From NCBI GenBank assembly GCA_965112155.1, contig OZ218099.1: a stretch of 64,000 nucleotides of DNA. One strand, written 5' to 3'. The translations under genes were made by a program, and so were the position numbers. Source of the stretch: Podarcis liolepis. Taxonomy: Eukaryota. A model generated the notes under the pieces. That model saw nothing but the letters and a program-made list of their open reading frames with translations, was not told where the DNA came from and made no database searches. Positions 1 through 15,700 of the stretch are shown in pieces (position 1 is the stretch's first letter; each line of letters starts with the position of its first letter).

Positions 1-278
1 GTCGTTCGGTCCCAGCTCCTGCCCACCTAGCAGTTCGAAAGCATTCGTAAGTGCAAGTAGATAAATAGGGACCGCTTTATAGCGGGAAGGTAAACGGCGT
101 TTCCTTGTTCTGCGCTGGTGCTGGCTCGCCAGTTGCAGCTTCGTCACGCTGGCCACGTGACCTGGAAGTGTCTTCGGATGGCGCCGGCTAACGGCCTCTA
201 GAGCGAGATGAGCACGCAACCCTAGAGTTGGACACGACTGGCCCGTACGGGCAGGGGTACCTTTACCTTTACCTTTAC
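1..278 (+). mobile_element. Sauria SINE, cut by the window edge
   Basis: Body similar to 59813-60154; (ACCTTT)n tail. Confidence 0.85.
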
Positions 279-646
279 TAATAGATATAAATGATATAAA
301 CTAATAGATATAAATGTTAAAACAATGAAGAAGGAAACAAAGAACCACTAATTCACACATGCCCTCAAATGTAAGTTAAGGGCTAACTAGATTGTAGTCA
401 TTAATGTTAGTGGCAAATTATTGTAATTAAAACAAAACAAAAGCCCTAAAACCAGACAACCCTTAATTTCCTCTTATTTATCTACCTGTAGTGCCCAAAT
501 AATGTCCCTGCACTACTGGGATATCTTCCAGACTTGGCACAACCGGTATATTTCTTGGTGTTCATTTGCTGTTGCTATAAATCATGCAGCCCAGTTCTAG
601 GCAAGTTTACTTACAGTGCAAGACCAAGAAAATTCCATTTGGTATA

Positions 647-880
647 CAGTGGTACCTTGGGTTAGAGACGCTTCAGGTTACAGACGCTTCAGGTTACAAA
701 CTCCGCTAACCCAGAAATACTACCTCGGGTTAAGAACTTTGCTTCAGGATGAGAACAGAAATTGTGCGGTGGTGGCAGCGGGAGGCCCCATTAGCTAAAG
801 TGGTGCTTCAGGTTAAGAACAGTTTCAGGTTAAGCACAGACCTCTGGAATGAATTAAGTTCTTAACCCGAGGTACCACTG
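647..880. mobile_element. Tc1/mariner-superfamily (Tigger/pogo-like) MITE
   Basis: TIRs CAGTGGTACCTTGGGTTA / TAACCCGAGGTACCACTG, TA on both sides. Confidence 0.88.
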
Positions 881-3610
881 TATAGAAATAGGATTGCAGC
901 CTTAGTTGAAGATGTTACAGAGAGCAATGTTTGCTAGGTTTAGTGTCAGCATTAGTAACTTTTGGAGCATAGGTGCATAAATAAGGACACTGATGCTTCT
1001 GTGGCTGCTTCCAACTCTTTAATCTGGAAAGTAAAAACAGACAGTGCATCCATTCAGACATTATAAATTACATGCATTTTATACAACAGAGATTAGTTTT
1101 CATGTGTGTGTGGAGAAACAATAGTGAAGTGGCCTTGAGGTGAGGCTGTACATGTATTATCTGTTGGTAGTCATTCTTCCGTTCATGCTGACGCACATTT
1201 ACAAAATACTAGATCCCACTTGATTCTGGAGTGAAGTATTCTGTTAACTCGGGATCTGCCTTACGCATTTTTCCTAGTGCTTTTCTGTTCTTATAATTTT
1301 AAGGTGCACGTTGGGCCCTTGCCTGGACAGATTTGTGAGCTTGCTAACAGTAGTTCCCTACCCTCCAATTAATTTCTGCAGCTCGTAAGTTTGGCAGCAT
1401 GGGAGGTGGTGGTACCTGGTCAGTGAAGAGGTGGAGTGACTGTTCCTTCTGCTACAAAGAGGAAAGCTTCTGACCTCCTTGTGACTGCTTCAAGGAGGGA
1501 AGTGGCAGTGCAGAAACCTGATGCTTGTTCATGTAATACTATACCATAGCTTAGCATCATGTCTGGATGCAGTGTTACTATAGCGTTCAGTAAAAAGTTT
1601 GGTGTCTGCTTGGCTGTGCACTGTGCGTCTACATTTATTTATTTAAAGGAGTTTCAAAGCTGGTTTAATGGTAATTGCTTTCGGGAATTATAGTTTTCTA
1701 TAGGGGCTGGTATCCAGTGTCTCCTTCCTCTCCTGCCTCCAGAGCAGGAGGATACCTCAGCCCCCCCAGAAGCAGATGTGGGCATGCAGAGTGCTGTATG
1801 CGGGAGGAGAGGAAGGAGAAGTCCTGTTGTGAGTGGAAGTCATTTCCGCTAGCAGATGGGCACAACTGGATATCACCCAGTGTTATTCAAGAACAAACCT
1901 ACAATGTCTGTATAAAACTATAGTTCCTAGGGCTCTTTGGGCCAAGCTATGACAAACAAACCATATTTGAAACCATATTCAGACTGTTTTCCATTCATAT
2001 TATGGATGTACCCAGATGAAATATGTGCAAGCTAGCTGATTAGGTGCTGAATTATCGCAATAAAACATCAAAGGGGAAAAAACCTGGAGACATTTTGATT
2101 AGAGTTTTGTACTCTGCATTGCTTCAGAAACAGCAAAAAGTTACTGTTTTTTAAAATTCTCAGTTAAATGATCATTTGCAGAATCTTGGGGGTTTAATAA
2201 AGATTATCACATTGCATTCCCTTGATCATTTTCAGTTGTATCAAGCGCTGCTGTTCTGCTTGTGCAATAGAAATCCCCCTTTTTCACAACTCCTTTATCC
2301 TGCGGCTCCCTGTGCACCCTTGAAATCTGGTTCAGAGGTTGCTTTTTTAGGTGTCTGCAGGTGCTTTGGGTTGTGCCAAGAAAACAATGAGCTTGGATGC
2401 ATGAATGACTAATGATTTCAGTCTCTGGATTGTTACATCTACAGCCAGTCTTGGGGCTAGCTCAGCCAATACATTTCTTGTCCGTTTAAGTCATCCTAAA
2501 CATTGCTAATAGGTTCAAAGTGAACCAAGGGATCTCTTTGCTAATTGCAACTTTGAATATTAGAGTTTCTTTTTCTAGCAGTTACCCAGTTAAGAGCTGG
2601 TTGTCTGTCTGTTTCCCCAGGCTAGGAAGATTGGAGCTTGGAAGAGAGCTTTTACTTGCATAGGAGCTGGAGGCTCCACCCCTTCCTGGTCTCACCCAGG
2701 CTTTGATCCAAGCAGGTGTTTTCATGCACTTCTCCCTAATAGCCTAATGTGCAGCTTGCTGGGTACTTTGGTGATGGCCTTGAAGTTGCTGCCTTACTCA
2801 CTGTTCCCTCTGCTCCTGTGGCCTTGAGACAGCTGGCATGGCAGCCTCCTGACCCAGGGTACAGGGTAGGGATGTCCAAAGTAAGTGTCTAGTCAGAGTC
2901 ATTCCCAGTGTGGAGATCTGTTGAAGGGTCTCCTTAGTTCTCATCTGAGGAGGTAAGAGATAAGGTCTGGACAGAGTGAAGCCCTGACACTGGTGTATCT
3001 CTAGTGAACCAGGTAGTCTCCTGTTAAAGTTTCATCTCAGCCACATAATCACTTTGTGGACTTAAGAGACCATTCTCTCTACATCAGGCCATACATATCT
3101 TGTTTGCAATATGGGGATGATCATTCTAGATTATTTTATATAGCTGTTGCAAGAATTGTTAAGGTAGTGTATGTGAAGAGCTTTAAGCACTTGAAATTCT
3201 CTAAATAAATTATGAGTATTAATGCTAGGTCCATGTGCTACATTTGTATATGTGATCGCGTACTCAAGGATAGGTGGGATAATTTGTGCAGATAATAAAT
3301 GTCATGTCAGAAATGTCCCTAAATGTTCACATAGGCAACAATTTCAGCAGTCCTTTTAGAAGAGTAATTCTCCAAAACCCTAAATGCAAGGTATTGGCAA
3401 ATTCTTTGGTAGATCTAAAGCTCTGTCGCCAAAACAGTATGTCCTTATTTTATAGTAGTATAAAGCAATGCATAAGAGAAGTGGTTAGAATGTTGTTAGT
3501 CATATAAGTACAGCTAATGGAGTATTTTTTCTATGCTGTGAACTGAAGCAGAAACATAATTGATTTTTAATGTTCCGTGTTCACTCATTAATAAAGAATC
3601 AATTTCTTAG

Positions 3611-5622
<2,012 letters not shown>

Positions 5623-6782
5623 TAAGCACTTTGGAAAGCTGGTGTGAACTGAGGAGGTCCTGTCCCTATTAAAACAGCACACATATCATTACAAATAAGC
5701 ATTAGACATGCCTTTTCAGTTCTGAAAATGGTTAGCTGGCAACGTTAAACTCTTGTTTAATGACTCCACCATAGTCATTTAACTTGTGAAAATCTACTGC
5801 ATATAAAATCACTATTACAATTTATCTTGAGTTATGCAAGAAGCTATGGGTTGTATCCTACAAAACCATTGTGCTTGAGGAATAACTTCCACAAGTACAA
5901 TGGAACTTTTCCTCCCTCCAATGCAGAGGGCACATAGCAGAAGGAGAGTGAGAGAAAGTTCCCTTGGGCTAGAGAAGTCATTCCTCATGCACAATGACTT
6001 AGTTGGATTCAACACAACGTTGTTGTTTTAAAGACTGAGTATTCAACGGTTCATGATGGTGGCAGAACAAGGACAGAAAATAAAATTTTATTGTAGTCAT
6101 CAGGTCAGCTTGTAGATTCAGTTCCAAGATGGAGATTGCAGGCTTAATATGTCCTTCCCAGGGGTTACCAACATTACCAGACTGCAGTACCTGATAGGGA
6201 CTTACGCAGCCTGAAGTCAGCATCTTGGAAGTGAATGTATAAGCTGACCTCTTGGGTACACCAACAGCCTAATTTTTATGCTACTTTTTATTTTAACCCC
6301 TCCCCCCATGCTTTGTTTAACATCTTGCCTGCTGAAGAATTGTTGGGAACTCTAAAGCTTCCTAAGCTTTTGTAACATTTTGGCTGCTCCCAATAAAGGT
6401 ATTGCCTGGCTGTAGATTTTGGAATTTTAACTTAATGATATTATTCCTACCTGGAGGATGGGGGAAAATGCACTCCCTCATGTGTGAAGACATCCACATT
6501 GTACCTGCTTCAGTACGCCATAATTGAAAGCCTAATTACTACCATGTGTACAGACAGTAAAATATGCACATAAGCTATCTCAGTAGCAGATAAAACAATT
6601 CCAGTGGCAGCAGTGTTGCACTTGCTGGGACAGAGGAGGGGCGCAGTCAGGCGGTGGTGAGGTTGGGAAAGCTTTGGTTTGGCTGCAGCTATGCAGATGC
6701 CTAGCTTGGCAATTGACTTTTTTCATAGCTACCACACATGAGCTCCTTTATTTTCACAACCCCCTTCTTTTCTTCCTTGTAG

Positions 6783-6852
6783 AAAAGAGAGTTTGGATAC
6801 TAAAAAGGGGGACAAACCAGAAGGTGAACAAAAGAAGGGCAAGGATGCTAAG
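6783..6852 (+). CDS. CACNA1D: Exon ~18 (70 nt): RKESLDTKKGDKPEGEQKKGKDAK (II-III loop)
   Basis: Pyrimidine tract plus tag acceptor, aag|gtacct donor, phase 2 to 0. Confidence 0.9.
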
Positions 6853-7558
6853 GTACCTTATTTCTTTTCACTTCTGTGTGCTATATATTCTTTAAATGTA
6901 CAGACACCTGCCAGTACTCCAAACTGACTGGTCTCCATCTGTGCTTGTGGTTGTACCTCATGTGGGTTGCCAGGTTCTTAGAATGCACTGAGTCTTCTCA
7001 TATGGTGGGTGCCTATGGCTTTTTTGTATCAAGCCTCAAGGCCACAAGCAAGAGGATTTTCTGCCCAGACGCTTGCATCGATTGTCCCCAGATCTTCTCT
7101 ACTCTGTGTGTGTGTTTAGAGACTCAAATTAGATAATATTTGCAAGTAGTCTGTTTATGACCTGCTAGATTTTATTGGACAGTATCATTAAAATAATAGA
7201 TGGAGTAGAAGGTTTATTTTCTAACATAAAAAAATATTTGATTTTTAATTGTGTATTTATACTCGGTTTATTGAGAGAGTAACAATTTGAGTTAATGGAA
7301 ATCATTGGAATGCTGACGTCTGACCTATACCAAGCTGCATGGGCTCTTTATGAGACAATCCAGCTGCAAGCACATTTTTTACTGCTTATTTCTCCAACCA
7401 GAATTATTGAATTAATTAAAGATTGTAAAGTGTTGGGATTGGGATGGGGCTGCTTTGCGGAGGGCAGAACAGGAAAAAGAGTGGCTTGGTTTAGCGTGTT
7501 GCATCAGTTTACATCTTCCATTTACCTTTCTTCTGAAGTGTTTTTGTTCTTGTAATAG

Positions 7559-7628
7559 GTTACCATAAATGAATACGGAGAAGGGGAAGATGAAGACAAA
7601 GATCCCTACCCACCCTGCGATGTTCCAG
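7559..7628 (+). CDS. CACNA1D: Exon ~19 (70 nt): VTINEYGEGEDEDKDPYPPCDVP
   Basis: taatag acceptor, cag|gtacta donor; Cav1.3 II-III loop motif. Confidence 0.93.
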
Positions 7629-7845
7629 GTACTAATGCACTTAACATATACCAAGAGAAAAAATATTGGGTCAAGTGTACTACATGCTATTTATTAATAC
7701 AACGAAAAAGAAACAGTATAGATTTCACACATTTCAGCAATTATGAAATACTAGCAAGGAATTCCTGGTGCTCCCCAGGATTTTTTTGGAAACCACAAAT
7801 ATATTGTGGTTTTTTTAAATGGATGGTATTTAAATGGATGGTATT

Positions 7846-8110
7846 TGTGAGTTTGGATTTGTCATGCCAAAAATTGGGTGAAGTCACAATTTGGTCTGCC
7901 ATCTTGATTCAAAATGGCACCTGGCATCCAAACATAGATGAAGACTGTTGCCCTCACCTTGGGAACCCTCATGACAAGTTGGCAATGATCAGAGGCACCT
8001 GAACCTAAGCCAAAAAGTGGGCAAAGTCTTGCCAAAGTCACGTTTTGGTCTGCCATCTTGATTCAGAATGGCAGCTGGAGGCCTAACATCAACAAAAATT
8101 CCCACCCCCA
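7846..8110. repeat. Unclassified interspersed repeat with an internal ~55-bp imperfect direct repeat (7881-7935, 8035-8089)
   Basis: aagtcac..tttggtctgccatcttgattca.aatggca occurs twice; the start of the element recurs at ~60840-60880. Confidence 0.55.
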
Positions 8111-9321
8111 TTTCAGGAACCATTATTCTGAGTTTGGCAACGCTATCTCGAGAGGCATCAAAATGCATAGAAAACAGACAAATGGACAAACCATGTTCCA
8201 AACTAAATAACGGACACAGGTTGAGGCAGTTACAGGGATGACTTAAAATAAAATTAAAAGAATCTAGAAGTTGTTCACTTTCCCACTCTTGGGCAATGCG
8301 CTTTCACTTGAATAAGGGCAGTTTCTGTTTCCCGCTGCAGCCCCCTCAACAGAGGACACACTGTGCAGGAGTATGTCCCTGACTCTTCAGAGAGGGTTTT
8401 CAAGGGCATGTGAGCTGACTACATGAAGATAGTGCAGGAAAGAGAAAATCCTTGCCTGAGTGACATGTTTTCTCACGCAACATTCGACTCCAAGCCTGTA
8501 TCTCCTGCATGGGAGCACACCTCTAGATAGATGAAAACATGCAGAGAGTAGTACCATAGCTACTGCACCTGCATTAAGGTGTGCTCACCATCATAGCAAG
8601 GTCGCCACTCCCGCCTATTACTTGCAGACAGGGCAGTGTCCCTGAAAAGTCACTGGCGGGAGTATCATGCAATAATCAAAATGTTCTTGTGGCACATTTT
8701 CAGTGATCTGTGCAACCAAACAAAGGAGTTGGGACAAAGGCGTGTATTGTAGTTGCAGTTGCGTCGCATCTATGGAGAGCTTTACCAGTATTTCATGGGC
8801 AGAGTGGGGGAGGCAGTTTATTTACACCCTGACAGTTGAAAAAAAACTTGTTGCTTTGATTGTGTCAGTAGGGGATGATTCGACCTGCCTGACATTGAAT
8901 TTGTGAAAAGTGCACAGAACAGGAAAGGGAGCGGGCAGTCTAGAAAACATGATCTCAGCTAGAAGCTGCAGACAAGAATTTAAAATTGACATACTGTTTT
9001 TCATTGTAATAACTTATATTTGGGAACATAAAGGAGAGCGCTGTCAAAAGCCCATCTAGGCCAGCATCTCACAGCAGCCAACAACATGCCTCAAATGCAG
9101 GACCTGAGTGCAATAGCCCTCTCCTCATCGGCAACTGGTATTTAGAGACGCATGCCTCTCAGAGTGGAGGCCTAACATCAACAAATGATGGGAACGGCAG
9201 GAATGACCTTATATTAACTAGCATTTGTTTTAAATATCTAGTGGCTATAATCTATTTCCAATATTTTTTCTAGTATTACAAATTTTGTATATACATATTA
9301 AAGAAAGTAATCAATTTGAAG

Positions 9322-9463
9322 TAGGTGAAGAGGAAGAGGAAGAGGAAGAACCTGAAGTGCCAGCTGGCCCCCGACCCCGAAGAATATCTGAACTGAATAT
9401 GAAGGAAAAGATGACACCAATTCCTGAAGGAAGCTCCTTCTTTATTTTCAGCAATACAAACCC
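9322..9463 (+). CDS. CACNA1D: Exon ~20 (142 nt; 139 nt with alternative acceptor at 9325): [48 protein letters not shown]
   Basis: Translation match; tandem AAG-TAG acceptor; cc|gtaaat donor. Confidence 0.92.
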
Positions 9464-9897
9464 GTAAATAACCATTTTATGTATATCCCTTGAATTGTTT
9501 GTTATTAAATAGTACTACCACATTGAGGCTTCCGTATAAAATAGCAACACTTTTTTCTGGCTGCGACAAAAAAAGGCAACAGAATGATGATACAAACCTG
9601 TTTTTCAGATGTGTCATTTCTTTTCAAACCAAACTTCTAGTAGGTTGTTTAAATGATTACGTATTACTTGAATAACATGGTCTGAATAGCAGCTATATCC
9701 AAATATGTGGCTTTTTTAATATCATCCAAGTTATAAAATTTGGCCACTTTCCATAAGATACTCACATATGCTGTCCTATATGATACATATAAATGTACAT
9801 TTTCCAGAATTACTAGTGCAGTTAACAAGACAACATGGGTGCTTTCCAGATGAACAACTTTTTTAAAAAATAAAGCTCTGCAGTTGCTTAGTTTTAA

Positions 9898-10206
<309 letters not shown>

Positions 10207-10693
10207 TGAAATTAAGCAGCATGTGGGTATTTTCTTAAGATTCAACAGGATGTTGGAACCAACTTGGAGATTACAAAAATAGTGCAGAGATTTGTTGTGG
10301 TTGGAGCCTGGAGTCATAGAGTAGCCTCAGTTGTTGTTTTTGTTTTTACAGTGAAGGGGTCTTCGTAAGCTCAGTTACAACACTAATAATATTCAGGATG
10401 TAGAAATTCCTAGTTGGGTGTTGGAAATGTTCTTTGTTTGAAACCCTGCAGACCCGCTGCTGGTCAGCATGAAACAGCATTGAGCTAGATGGACCAGTAT
10501 TGAGCTAGATGGCAGTAGTACATGATGTTATGTGGTAGTGGCACTCACCTGACCTCCTGACAGCTGAGCCCTGTTGCTTCCAGGGAACGAAAGGGATGAG
10601 GCACTGGGGAGGTTGCTATGGTGCAAACTCACTGGCCAGCTTAGCTCTGCTCTGCACATAGATTTTACTTCTATTTAAAGTGGGTGTATAATA

Positions 10694-11038
10694 CAGTGGT
10701 GCCCCGCAAGACGAAAAACTCGCAAGACGAAAAACTCGCTAGACGAAAGGGTTTTGCGGTTTTTGAGCTGCTTCGCAAGACAAATTTCCCTATGAGCTTG
10801 CTTCACAAGACGAAAACATCTTGCAAGTTTGTTTCCTTTTTCTTAACACCGTTAATACAGTTGCGACTTGACTTCGAGGAGCAACTCATCGAACGCGGTG
10901 TGGTAGCCTTTTTTGAGGTTTTTGGTGATTTTTGAAGCGTTTCCAAAACTTTTCCGACACCGTGTTTCGCAAGACGAAAAATTCGCTAGACGAAAAAACT
11001 CGCGGAATGAATTAATTTCATCTTGCGAGGCACCACTG
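10694..11038 (+). mobile_element. Tc1/mariner-superfamily MITE, ~345 bp (family copy 1)
   Basis: TIR CAGTGGTGCC(C/T)CGCAAGA, TA duplication; near-identical to 55790-56134 (inverted) and 60486-60829. Confidence 0.92.
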
Positions 11039-13592
11039 TATGCTGTATGCAACTCTCATGTACAAATGCTGGTATAAATATTGTCTATAGCGTTCATTTT
11101 TTATTTCTAAAATAAAAAAGGCATATTCTAGGCATATTCTACAAAATAATAAATGCTACAAAAAGGTAATTTCAAATCAAGGGTGCATTTGTACATTACC
11201 TATTTATTCAATTTATTACGTGCCCTTTAGCATAAGGTCCCGGGTTGGTCACCACAATTTAAAATACAATATTAAAACAGTATAAACAAACTATTATTGC
11301 CAGAATAGGGTGGGTCCCAGGTGTCAAAAGGCCTGGGGAAAGAGGTGCATCTTCAGCATATGATGGAAACTGCATAATGAAAATGCCACACAACTCTGTG
11401 GGGAAGAAATTCCATAATTTGGAGCTGCCACAGAGAAGGAACTTCTGAGGGTCATGGAACTACCAAGAGGACCCTCTCTGCTCAGAACACCCAAGGGTGT
11501 CTGTAGGGAAGGGGACGGTCTTCCAGATATTTGGGACCTGAGACTATCTCCTGTTTTTGGAGGTGAGCAGTTTATACTTTTTTATATATTTGTGGCAGAA
11601 ATATTTGGTCAAGTGATGAAAGGGTGTTTCTCCAGCTTTTTAAAGTATTTCTCATATATATATATGAGAAACTCTCTCTCCCTATAGAGTTCCATATATA
11701 TATTTTCTCACCTTCTATTTAAACATGAAAATAAATGAGAAAACCTCTCTAACACCATTCTAGGAAAAACACTTATTCCTTTAAAAAAACTCACCTTAAA
11801 AATATTGTGTATGTATGCAGAGAAGAAAAAATCGTAGGTATGGCCCTGCCAACAGAAGGCATTGTTAGAATAATTGTATCCATTCACGGTTGGTGTGATT
11901 TTATTACATGTAAGCACCAAGATCTTTAGTTGTAACAGTGTAATAGGTAGTGCCTATGAAGAAATGGTTTCTACACTAGGTTTAAATCAGCTGCTATTAT
12001 TTAGCTTAGCCCTTTGCCTGAAGTGGCAGACATCCCAACCCAGCATGCCTGGTATAAAGCTTTCTCATGTACAAGCTCAGTAGGGTCCTTCATTCACAGA
12101 AGGATATTGTACAAGTGGTTACAGAGCTCCACATGCAAGGCTGAATAGATGGTTGGTGCTGTCTGTTTTGATAGTGCTGATCATCTGTTTGGGGTGGGAA
12201 TCTGAATCTGTTCTTCTACTTCCCTCATCCCCTTTTATGGACTGGAAGAGGGGACTTGGATGCTGACTCCTCTTGTTTCCAAAGAGGTGAGTGGCATAAT
12301 GGAAGATAATTGCACAAGCCACATTTGTTGGATGGATTGAGTTATGCTACTTATTACAGCCAAATTGTATATATGTCAAGGAAGCACCCCAAAGCTGAAA
12401 TGAGTCTTCTTGGGTTTATAGGAAACTATGTTTGGGTATATAGATGTTAGGATGAATAAATAGCTCGTGAACACAGAATAGGAGAGTCTTTGCAAGCGGC
12501 ATGAACTCTTGTTATTTCATATAGAAGAAATTGCTCAAATGTCTATCAGTCACACTTGCAACTTTGAGAAAATGTTGTTTTGAAGATAAATTCATGCTGT
12601 AACATGATGACATGACAACGCCTGATTGAAATGTTTTTAATTGGCAAAAATGGGTATTTTTTTTCCATGGACACATCAATGTACAGATATACCCTTAAAG
12701 GTTTGCCCTGTGATCTGTGCAAAAAGGACTCCGTGTGTTTAGAGAATTTCTGAAGGTTCTTCCAACCACATCAAGCTGGCTTAGTAATGTATTCTCATTC
12801 AGAATATTTGAATATTCAGTACTCTCTATACGATAAGAACCAAAACCTAAACAATGCAGAGATTGTTTCATTAGTATGGTTATATTATGTTCTGAGAACA
12901 AGTTGCACCTGTTAGTAATTTGTTTGCATTTCTTACAAGGACACTGTGATGACTAAAACATAATGGGTTGAATCCAAATATCACTCCCAGGCTCTGAGAG
13001 CATCGCCCAGGCAGAATTTTACTTGGTGTATGATCCTGCACCAGGGAGGTGACTTCTGCTGATTCCCACCTCACCTACATCCCTCCAGCATTTTATCTCA
13101 TGCTGTCCAGGGGTGGGTGGAGGAGCCTTAGGAAATCCACTGGAACAGTGTAGGAGACACTGTTGGGGTCTATAGGGGGAGGGGGATGTGCAGAATCCCT
13201 CACCATTTTCCCAGTGGGATCATCTGATGGACCAAAAGCCTTCCATGAATGGAAGGAGCCTTCCCAACCATCAAGGGCAAAAGTCTGGGTCCAATACAGT
13301 AATTGCTGTAAGGAAAACAATTTGTTTAAATTGCCAGGTGCCACCTGTACTTCGGGGGGACATTGAAAGATGAAGTGATAACTTTAGAAGTAAGCAAATC
13401 TGTGAATTAGGACAACTGTGAGGCAATTTTCAGTGAAACAAATAAATGTTGTTTGGTCATTGTACATCTATTTATTTCTCTAAATTTACACATGTTCCTA
13501 AAGTAGACATTTCTCTGTATGTGATCAAAGTTGTAAATTGTGGTAGTATTTGTAGATGAATTTCTTACTGTGGCACATGTTATGCTTTGCAG

Positions 13593-13652
13593 ATACTTGG
13601 TTACTTTGACTATGCTTTCACAGCCATCTTTACTGTTGAAATCCTGTTAAAG
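13593..13652 (+). CDS. CACNA1D: IIIS2 mutually exclusive exon 22 (60 nt): ILGYFDYAFTAIFTVEILLK
   Basis: tgcag acceptor, aag|gtaatt donor. Confidence 0.95.
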
Positions 13653-13732
13653 GTAATTAACTGTTAATTGATCCTTGTTAACTCAGACACAGCTTTAGCA
13701 ATAATGTTTGTAACTTTTTGTTTACCTTCCAG

Positions 13733-13792
13733 ATCCTAGGGTATGCAGATTATGTCTTCACTAGTATGTTTACATTTGAGATCATTTTGAAG
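13733..13792 (+). CDS. CACNA1D: IIIS2 alternative exon 22a (60 nt): ILGYADYVFTSMFTFEIILK
   Basis: ttccag acceptor, aag|gtaaca donor; same length and phase as the exon 80 nt upstream, clearly paralogous. Confidence 0.93.
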
Positions 13793-15593
13793 GTAACAGG
13801 TTTACAAAGAAGTTTACTTAAAAAGGATTTTTTTCTGTGTGTCACCTGCCACGAAAAGGCACTTGAAGTGTTCTCCGCCTTTTCACTCAACAACCAAATC
13901 TAAACCTTTTTTTGAAACCAAAGGATATTTTTCGTCATGGTTTTTATTCTATTTTACCTTTGGGTGCATGTAGAAGCTACTTTTTTATCATCACATCAAT
14001 CTGACAGCTCATTTTATCCTTTTTTTCTACTTCCGGTTTGTCAGAAGAAGGAAAACTATTTCACTACGCATGAGCTTTCCTCCTCCCTTTTCTGGCATTT
14101 CAAAGAGAAAGATCTTAAATCTTTTAAAGGAGGAGCATGTAATTACTCATTTCTCTTTCTGAACTATATATTCACAGAGTTAAAATAGTAGACCACTATT
14201 TTCTTGCAAAGGGACTTGCAAGATACTCTACCCTTTCTAAAACCTACTAGGATGCTTTATCTTGGGTATACATTTAAATACACGAAGAGGCATGAACATG
14301 CTTACTTAAATGTATTGCCCATGCATGAGTTCAGAACTGGTATTTCAATGTATAGTCTGTGTACTGATTATCAAGGACATCCACCAGGGGCGCTCAGAAT
14401 TCTGATGTACAGATTGCATTGGTGCACAATTGATGCTGAAGTCAAGCTGCTCCACCATTGCAGAATAAGGAGGAACATATAGAAAATGTGAGCATGCATT
14501 TTGATGCCTTCGAGATTGGGATCATCTGTTGTAGCCACTTCCATCTCAAGTTACTTATTGAGTATTCCTGGATATGACACAGGACCCAGTGGTATTATAA
14601 GAATCAGTACATAAACTTTGCATTTCCAGCTGAGGATCAAACATAATAAATCTATTTCCTGCTTTATTCATATTATTGTGTGTTCTTTTTACAGTGCATT
14701 TTGATTAACACTTGATAATGAAACTAATTGGGCTGTTTACAAGATATGCTCAGTTTGATAAGGGATAAGGTTTTTAGTTTTTAAAACGTTCTGAATGTGT
14801 TTCATATTTCTACCAGTGTAGCATTTCAGAGCATGCTATTTTGAAAAGGGCATGTCTCTTAGCCCTTCTGTTGGCATGTTTTGCCAGGAAAGTGGGAAAC
14901 TATTTAGCATGATATTAGGGGGACTGAAATAAAGGGATATATGGTGTAAAGAAGATTGTTTATATTATAACACAGCTGTTCCTCATTCTAGTGCAGGGAT
15001 TGCTAACCTTTTATTGGCCCAAGGGTCTCATTCAGCCTTGCCCAGGGACCATACACCAATGGTGCATGCGTCTCTCACTCGCACGCACACACACGCGCAC
15101 ACACACACACCACACAGACCCCCTCCTCACCTGAACTGTGCTATGACCCCCAGCCTGCTCATTTCCCCCCTAGGTCAGGGATCAGCCACCCTCTGTTCTA
15201 GTGGATGCTACATTGTGCTATAGCCATTTGAAGTGAATTGTGCCCTAAAATTAGAACACATCAAAAACCCAGAACCTAGCTGTTCAGCATTATGTAACCA
15301 AAAGGAAACATCTGCTACTGATTCCTGAACGTAGTTTCTGGTGGCTTACATTTTGTGTGTGCGCCTGCATTTTTCAGTCCACAGTATTTTATTTATCAGT
15401 GTTGTATTGTGGATAGCCAAAGACAAAATGTGCATTAGTGTTGCATCAATCAAATTCTTTCATTTTGGTCTTTTTTGTAGTATTCCAGTCTCTCCAGTAA
15501 GCAAGATTCATTCAGTGCAAGCATCTTGTAAACAGCCTTGTGAATCAAGCAGAGGTGAAACAAAATAATTAACTATGACCTTTCTGTTTTTAG

Positions 15594-15700
15594 CTGACAG
15601 TGTTTGGAGCATTCCTTCATAAAGGATCTTTCTGCCGAAATTACTTTAATTTGCTGGACTTGTTGGTAGTGGGTGTGTCTCTTGTGTCATTTGGCATTCA
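15594..15700 (+). CDS. CACNA1D: Exon 23 (107 nt): [36 protein letters not shown] (IIIS3)
   Basis: ttttag acceptor, ca|gtaagt donor. Confidence 0.96.

Noticed and set aside
10684-10935. Recurrent ORF (VVPRKTxxSQDEKLARRKGF...) also at 55893-56168 and 60488-60736, as a small gene family
   Set aside because: All three lie inside copies of one non-coding MITE; no transposase motifs.
11648-11671. 24-bp palindrome tttctcatatatatatatgagaaa
   Set aside because: Half of it is a self-complementary (AT)n run; likely a slippage product.
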